This document shows positions 55,702 through 64,000 of a DNA stretch of 64,000 nucleotides, one piece after another. A model generated the notes under the pieces. That model saw nothing but the letters and a program-made list of their open reading frames with translations. It was not told the DNA's origin and did not search any database. Origin of the DNA: Octopus vulgaris (taxonomy: Eukaryota); the NCBI GenBank assembly GCA_951406725.2, contig OX597827.1:28148001-28212000 (forward strand). Direction: 5' to 3'. The position numbers and the translations under genes were made by a program. Each line of letters opens with the position of its first letter. Position 1 is the stretch's first letter.

Positions 55702-56343
55702 ATGGCACTCCGTCGGTATCGACGACGAGGGTTCCAGTTGATCCGATTAATGGAACAGCCTGTTCGTGAAATTAACGTGCAAGTGGCTGAACACTCCACA
55801 CACACGTGTAGTTCTCGGGAAGAAAGAGTGCGAGATTGTTGTGGTGAAAGAGTACAGCAGGGTTCACCACCACCACCCCTGCCGGAGCCTCGCGGAACTT
55901 TAGGTGTTTTCGCTCAAGAATAAAAACTCACAACACCCGTTCTCAGGATCGAAATCGCGATCCTACGACCGCGAGTCCGCTGCTCTAACCACTTCACACA
56001 CACACACACACACATACATATATATATATATCCTCTTTGTTCATGAATGATCATGAGATTGCACCTAGAATGTCCCCGTCCGAGGCACAAGTCCACAGTT
56101 TAGAAGACCAGCTGTCGCCGATGTATACCAGCCTCTTCTCTCCAACCCATCGATGTTACCGAAGGGAAAGGCAAAGGCTGACACAACTTGGCACCAGATA
56201 CTTCGCAACTCATTTCTGCAGCTGAGTGAACTGGACCAACCTGAAATAAAGTGTCTTGCTCAAGAACATAACACTCAGCCCTGACGGGGAATCGAGCCTG
56301 CGTGCTTATGCTTGTCAGCCTGATGCTCTAACCACTGAGCCAT
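55702..56343 (-). mobile_element. Two tRNA-SINEs (family C 55702-55992; related family 56030-56343)
   Basis: agtggttagagc A boxes, tcgat(c/t)cc B boxes, family C tail. Confidence 0.8.
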
Positions 56344-57756
56344 GTATATATACACATATGAGGCGGTGCAAAATAGGATAACAACGATAATTTTAACAAA
56401 GACATACTGCCAGAAGCTTGTAGGTGTATGGGAATAATATGGGAATATATCGATCCAAATATGTGACTGGTATCTTATTTTATCGACCATGGAAGGATGA
56501 AAAGTAAATTTGATTTGGCGGGATTTGAACTCAGAACTGAAAGATCCGAAACAATTTATGCAAGGTAATTCCGTCAATCTACAGCAGTCATTCAGAGTAT
56601 AAATGTGAGTTTAGATTCATGTGGAGCGGAACCACTAGATGAAGAGATTAATGCATACTCATTACTAACAACAACTGTGCTATGTTTAAATAGAAGACAG
56701 CTAACATAAGAACGCAAAGAGACGATGATTAAATACTTCTTTACACCTTGTAAGAGAAGGATGTTCCAAAGAGGTTCCTTATATAGTTTATAGTTTTCCA
56801 GGCTCTACTTCCATTAGTAATTCTGCTGAATAAACTAGAAACTATCTCTTTGATATGGATAAATTAGAACATTTTCACAAAGTGTAATAGCCAATTGGAA
56901 AACTACTACAAATAATAAGCTACTACAGAATAAGAACAGTAGAAAAAGAAATTACTTAGAAACAACCGAACAAAAATTATTTGTATATCAAGAAAACATG
57001 AAGAAACGGAGAAAATCATTTGTCAGCAGACAAGGCGACGATAAATTATAAGGTGACGATAAATTATGAAGAAAGTATTTAAGACAAAGATAAAAATTAG
57101 ATCCAAAGAAAACAAATGTTGGCAAACTCAAAACTGAATTCGAAGAATACAAGAGAAAACAATTGGAAGAAAAACAACCTTAATACTCTAAGTGACTCAG
57201 GAGAATGAGTGAGGACTAAGTCTAAGACTTCTTGGTTAAAATTAAATACAGACGGTGTGAATTTATCAGAAAAGCCATGACCTAGCCGCAAATAATTGCA
57301 AAATGATATATATACCAGACATATATGTGTTTGTTTTGCAAGATATGCAATGGGAAACCGTATGCTGAAAGAGATATTGTTATATTTGGGGACGGTCATT
57401 TCGCCAATAAGCACACGCACTGTTTATTTGTTCATCACTTTAACTTTATTATTATTATTATTAGTTTATATGTGGAAGTCCTAACGTCACACATAATGTA
57501 ACCGCTTCAATGACTGTCCTTCCTGTATCCTACTCTATGTGGCCTTCTCCTGTCTATTCCACCTTGCCATTCTGTTTCATACCAAGGAAGAAATTGGGGC
57601 AAGTTCGAAATCACAAAATGTCATTCAGTAATACTAAAGCTAAGGATTTTTTTCTTTATCATTGTTATGAAATAACTAAGGATAACAGTAATGATAGTGA
57701 AAGCGAATGAAAATGAGGATGATCATTGTTGACATTGTGATATAGTGACGCCTATC

Positions 57757-57812
<56 letters not shown>

Positions 57813-57821
57813 AAGAAGAAG

Positions 57822-58364
57822 TATCCAAATAGTGGCCCTCATACTTTTTGATCTTAACTGATTGAAAGTGTTTTCATGTACATTGTTTTGTCTTTGCATA
57901 AAAGATGGGCTACAGCAAATATTCTGCTCAATACCACAGATTTGCTTGTCAGTTGTTTGACCTTAACCAGTTGACCATGTCCCTTAGTGGCTGACGATAT
58001 GTGCGTCTCTGATCATGAGCAGAAGTAGTGGGGTAGCATCATAGCCGTGTGTTGATAGGAATTCTTGGAGGTTTGGATAATTCACCTCTGGAAACAAGGG
58101 TGTTTTATTCAACATCCTTAAACAGCCCTTATTCAGGGACCTTTTGAGCGGGATGGGTTACTGAACCAGAAGGAAATTCTAACTGGGCCCCACCTGCAAG
58201 GGCATGTGCTGTTTGCCTTGATATGAGATCACCATGTCGCGCATACATGGTTGTGATGCGTGTGCCTGGTGTACCCTTATCAGACGGGTAGGCATGATGA
58301 GTATACTGGGCTTCGTATATTTTACCCCAGTGTCACTCTGATGGCATGAACTGCTCTCTCACTC
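57822..58364 (+). mobile_element. Non-coding repeat flanked by (TAA)n, putative 3'UTR of a TAA-targeting retrotransposon; partial copy at 30675-30815
   Basis: catgtacattgttttgtctt..gatgggctacagcaaatattctgctcaataccacagat is shared with 30738-30803; (AAT)n on both sides. Confidence 0.6.
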
Positions 58365-58438
<74 letters not shown>

Positions 58439-58504
58439 TGATGGTGATGATGATGATGATGATGATGATAATAACAATAATAATAATAATAATAATAATA
58501 ATAA

Positions 58505-59383
58505 TCCTTTTTACTAAATGCACAATGACTGAAATTTGGGGGTTGGGGACTAGTCGATTACTTCGACCCCAGTGTTTCACTCGTACTTAATCTATCGAAC
58601 CCTGAAGGATGTAGCTAGCGGTATTTCGTGCGTGTTTATAGTTTGAGAAATCCATCGAGGTCTATTTAGCATTTCATTTATTCAGGGTCGATAAAATAAT
58701 TACCAGTTACGCACTTGGGTCGATGTGATCGACAAGCTCCTCCCCACAGAATTTCTGGCCTTGTGCCCATTGTAGATAGAATAATGGTGCAATCGTTAAT
58801 GCACCAAGCAAAATGCTTCGAGGTATTTCATCTGTCTTTCCGTTCTGAGTTCAATTTCTGCTGATATTGACTTTCATTTACATCCTTTGGAATTAATAGC
58901 GTAAGTACCAGTCGAATACTGCGGTTAATATATATTTGATTAGCCCCTTTCGTCAAAATTTCAGGACCTGTACCAATAGTAGAAAGAACTGTCATTAGTA
59001 TGACACCGGTGATAAGTCGACAAGCTGGCAGAATCGTTAGCACGCCGGGCGAAATACTGCTCACATAGCGGAGATATAAACGGAACCCTTCCCTCCTTTA
59101 ATTTCCTTTTTTGTTTCGTTTTTTTTTTTTACGGAATCCCACGTTTTAGTCTATGGAGATGCTGATTCTGAAGAAAGAGATTTTCAAAAATTGCAACTTC
59201 AAAATTTCAAGCAGTATTTCGTCTGCCGATTACGTGATGAGTTCAAATTCCGTCGAAATCAACCTTGCGTTTCATCCCCTTTCGGGGTCGATAAATTAAA
59301 TACCGGTGAAACACTGGGGTCGATGTGATCGACTAGTCCCCTTACCGCAAAATTTCAGGCCTTGTGCTTCCAGTAGAAAGGAT
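58505..59383. mobile_element. SINE family A fragments
   Basis: Family A motifs in both orientations. Confidence 0.7.
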
Positions 59384-59399
59384 AATAATAATAATAATA

Positions 59400-59477
<78 letters not shown>

Positions 59478-59480
<3 letters not shown>

Positions 59481-60403
59481 TAGTTTTATTTTCAAAGCGT
59501 GCTTTCACTTCACTACCGAGCGCAGCTCTGTGTGCCTTAGGTATGTGCTGTGATTTGTTGTGATGCTCTGATGGTTATTGTATGGAAAGTGTTCTGCGTA
59601 GGATGTGTGCAGTGCCTATTAGTGCAATTTTCTGTATGTTATATGTGTTTGTAAGTCCTGGTGTTTTTGTTATGTATTTGTCTGAATATTTTTTTATCAT
59701 GCCTAATGCACCTACTATGATAGGAATTGTTTCTGTTTTTAGATTCCACATTCTGGTTACCTCTATTTCCACGTCTTTGTATTTTGTAAGTTTCTCCATT
59801 TCTTTTAGAGACAAGTTGTCATCTGCCGGTATTGATACATCAATTAGAAAGCATTTTTTTCTTCATGATCTCTGACAACTATATCTGGTCTGTTGGCCTT
59901 AATTTCTCTATCTGTGTGTATCGGCATATCCCAGAGTATGGTTGCTTTCTCGTTTTCTGTGACCTTTTCTGGTGTGTGCCTATACCATCTTTTTTCTGTT
60001 GTTATTCCATAATGTTGGCATAGGTTCCAACTCTGTCATGTCTGTGAATATATTCCTTCTTAGCCAGGACTGGGCAGCCAGAGATAAGATGATTTATTGT
60101 TTCTTGTCTATCTCCACATATTCTGCAGTTACTTGTTATATTTCTTTTCATTACATGTTTTTGGTAATTTCTGGTGGGGAGGCTTTGGTCTTGTGCTGCA
60201 ATTAAAAATCCCTCTGTCTCTGCTTTGAGTCCTGAGCTTCTCAACCATTGCTGGGATTTTTCTTTGTCTATTTCTTTTGCGTTTAGTTTAGTGCAGTATT
60301 TACCATGAAGGGGCTTTTCTTGCCATCATTTTATCATGGTTCGTTGCTGTTCTATTTTTAGTTTGGATTTCATTTGTTTTATAGCTTTTGTTGTTTCTTT
60401 TCA

Positions 60404-60434
<31 letters not shown>

Positions 60435-62181
60435 CTTCTTCTTCTTCTTCTTCTTCTTCTTCTTCTTCTTCTTCTTCTTCTTCTTCTTCTTCTTCTTCTT
60501 CATATTTATTAGGTGGTATGATTTCTTGTTTGTATTTGTCAGCTTCCTTATATACTGAGAACAGTTTTTTTGTTTTGCTCGTGTTTTGCCGCTATTTGTA
60601 TCAGTTTTCCTTCCTTCTGAAGTAGATATTTTTGCAGTCCTATGGTGGTTATTTTATAGTAGTCTTCCAGCTGTATAAGGCCTCTACCACCTTCTATACG
60701 TTGTATATATAGTCTTTCTATGTCAGATTTTGGGTGATGCATCCTAGATCCTGTCATTATTTTTCTTGTTTTCCTATCTATTTTGGTCAGTTCATTTAGT
60801 GTCCAGTTAAGGATATTGTAGCTGTAACTTATAACTGGGACAGCTAAAGTGTTAATACCTATTATCTTGTTTTTACCATTGAGCTCTGTTTTTAGTATTG
60901 ATCTAACTCGTCTATAATATTCTTTTTTTATTTTCTCTCTCATTTGTGTGTTGTGTCTTATCTAGTTCATGGATTCCTAAGTATTTGTAAGTTTGGCTTT
61001 GGTCTAATTCTTTTATTTCATTGGTTTTATCTAATGTGATGTTGCTACTCTTAACTAGTTTTCCTCTTTTCATGGTTACTTTGGCGCATTTTTCTAATCC
61101 AAATTTCATATCTATTTCTTTGGTAAATCCATGAACTGTCTTTAATAGTGTTTCCAGCTGTTTGTCATTTGCAGCGTATAGTTTTAGGTTATCCATATAT
61201 AAAAGGTGGCTGATCGTTTTGCCGTAACATTTATATCCACATCAAGTTCTATTTAGCATATCAGATAGAGGTGACAGTGCCAAGCAGAAAAGGAGTGGAG
61301 ATAGCGTGTCTCCCTGGAATATTCCTCTTCTAATGGGGATGGCTTTGGTTTTCATGAGTCCCTCTTTTGTATGGAGCTGTAGCACTGTTTGCCATTTATT
61401 CATAGAGTGTCCTATGAATTTTATAATTGTTGGTGCTACTTTGTTAATGGCTAGTGTTTCGAGGATCCATGTGTGGGGGATGCTATCAAACGCCTTTTTG
61501 TAGTCGATCCAGTCCATACTGAGACCTTTCTTCTTTCTGTGACTGTCTTAAGTTATGGCTTTATTAATCATTAGTTGATCTTTACAGCCATATGAGCCTT
61601 TGAGGCATCCTTTCTGCTCCTCTGGAAACAGGTTGTTTTCGTCCAGGTGCTTGTTCAACCTTTGCGATATCACTGCAGTAAATGCCTTGTACATTGTAGG
61701 GAGACAGGTTATTGGGCTGTAGTTTTCTGGTGTTGCTCTCTCATTTGATTTGGGAATTAAGATGGTTTTCCACTTCGTGAGCCATTCAGGCATTGTCTCT
61801 GGCTCTGCTAGTATGTTGTTAAAGTTTTCAGCCAGCTTTTTGTGCATTCCTGTTAGATATTTCAACCAGAAGTTGGGGATCTTGTCATGCCCAGGTGCCT
61901 TCCAGTTGCTTAGTCTTTGCAGTGCCTGGGTGACCTCTTCAGTTGTTATGGGGGTCCAAAGTTGCTCAGATACTGAGTTTGTTGTTTTCATACTCCTTTT
62001 TGTTTGATTGTTCGTTCGCCGACCATATTTCTCTCCAGAATTCTTCCAATTCTTCTGCCGTTGGTACTGCAGTGATTTCTATTTTATTTTTGCCAAGTTC
62101 TTGGTAGAACTTTTTGGGGTTGGAGTTGAACTTTTTGTTTTGTTAAAAGAAGCGCCGGCGTTTCTCGTACCGGCAGATCCT
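59478..62181 (-). mobile_element. R4/Dong-clade non-LTR retrotransposon (RT, CCHC, RLE), 5'-truncated and decayed
   Basis: NWKAPGHD, PITCLPT, IDYKKAFDS, RGIFQGDTLSPLLF, YMDN(D)LKLY, GGRGL, CRICG..ETINHLISGC, RHD, RPDIV..IDVSIP, KYKD; 3' (TAA)n. Confidence 0.95.
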
Positions 62182-62184
62182 ATT

Positions 62185-62240
<56 letters not shown>

Positions 62241-62260
62241 CATCATCATCATTATTATTA

Positions 62261-62323
<63 letters not shown>

Positions 62324-62329
62324 TTAAGT

Positions 62330-62545
62330 AGTGAGCTGGCAGAATCGTTAGCACGCCGAGCGAAATGCTTAGCGGTATTTCGTCTGCTGATACGTTCTGA
62401 GTTCAAATTCTGCCGAGGTCGACTTTGCCTTTCATCCTTTCGGGGTCGATAAACTAAGTACCAGTTACGCACTGGGGTCGATGTAATCGACTCCTCCTCT
62501 CCCCCAAAATTTCAGGCCTTGTGCCTAGAGTATGAAAAGGATTAT
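62330..62545 (+). mobile_element. SINE family A monomer
   Basis: Head, core and tail intact. Confidence 0.88.
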
Positions 62546-62549
62546 TACA

Positions 62550-63390
62550 CTGATGATGATGATGATGATGATGATGATGACGAAGAAGAAGCTGCTGCTG
62601 AGGATGATAACGATCCTTTAGTATTTATGGTGTATCATCTTATTGCCTTGTTCGGTTTGGTTCTGATATTTATGGAGTCAGCTAATTTTATGGGGTCTGC
62701 GTTGGCTGGTGTCTGCGATGATGATGATGATGATGATTTTACAGTTACTTGTAGTGATGATGGTGAAGGGATGGATTTGAATATAACAGCGGAACAGGGT
62801 GGAGGTAATGATGGTGGTATTCATGGCGGAATGGGCATTGAGGGTGGTGGTGGTGGATTTATCGTAGCAGTAGTGAAATATGTTTCCCAGTATTGGTAGA
62901 CATAATAGCAATGGAGGTGGTGGTGGTGGTAATGATGACGATGGTGATGATTGTAATAGTAATGACTATGACAATGATGGTGGTGGTGGTTGTGGTGGTG
63001 GTGGTTGATGTGGTGATGGTGGTGGTGAAGATACAGCTGCTGCTGTAGCTAATGATGATAATAATGACAATTATTGTGATGACTATACTGTGAGGAGGAG
63101 GATGATGAGGAGGAGGGGAGAAAGAGGAGGGTGATGGTGGCATTGTTGATAAACTTGTTGCTGGTCCTTCTGCTGCTGCTGCTGCTGATGATGATGATAA
63201 TGATGATGATGATCATCATCATCATAATAACGATTAAAATGACAATTATGGTGATGATTTTACTGCCAATGACTACGTTGATGAAGATAATGATGATGAT
63301 GACGGTTGTTGTGGTGGCGATGGCGGTGGCGGCGGTGGTTATAATCGTGTTGGTGTTAGTGGTGGTGTTGGTGGTGGTCGAAGATGAAGG
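62550..63390. repeat. Degenerate (GAT/GGT)n trinucleotide low complexity
   Basis: Direct sequence. Confidence 0.85.
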
Positions 63391-64000
63391 GTGAGAGGCT
63401 GAAGTGAGGTGGAAAATTTTCAGCTGATTTCCTGACCTTTGCTTTTGTGTCCGTGGCAGGAATATGGCTGCTAAAATGACGACATCGCAATTCCTTGATC
63501 TCTCCAAACATAAACTGAACAAGTTTCACATCTGAAGATCCAAAACCATAAATCATTATTTGTTTGCTTAGTTCCTCTGGCCATATTCCACCCCACCCAC
63601 TCTTTGCCATACACTCACTTACAAACACACACACACAGATTCACACACACAGATTCACACATGCACAGATTCACATATGCACACAAACACACACAGATTT
63701 ACACATGCACACACAGAGATTCACATATGCACACACACACACACACAGATTCATCCATGCACACACACACACACACACATAGATTCATACATTGCACACA
63801 CACACACATACACTCGCCCACACGCTGATTCCTACATATACACACATACGCACAAATACACAATGGCATGCGCATTCACACACCTGCACAAAATATCCAG
63901 AAGCCTATATAAGTATTTATACATACATATTTAGGTATAAATTTATGTATACACACATATATATATAAGTATATAAGTATATATGTATATATGTACGTAT

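Overview
AT-rich, microsatellite-saturated eukaryotic non-coding DNA. The SINE repertoire and the (TA)n/(TAA)n/(GATA)n load point to a coleoid cephalopod (Octopus-like) intergenic or large-intron region; this is an inference. I found no host protein-coding exon I can support, and almost all listed ORFs are microsatellite artefacts. The window contains decayed CR1-group LINEs (one spanning APE to RT), an R4/Dong-like RLE element in (TAA)n, a Tx1-like 3' end in (TCTA)n, two fused Tc1/mariner halves, a mariner MITE, Helentron-like ends, a Myb/SANT remnant and dozens of tRNA-SINE copies. The main signal is RNA structure. There are several short non-coding hammerhead-ribozyme (HHR) retroelements with Penelope-style head-to-head inversions, one with a tRNA-like head. 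There is also a family whose three HHR core strands appear in a non-circularly permuted (pseudoknotted) order, with different stem sequences in two copies. All folds were read by eye and repeat boundaries are approximate.
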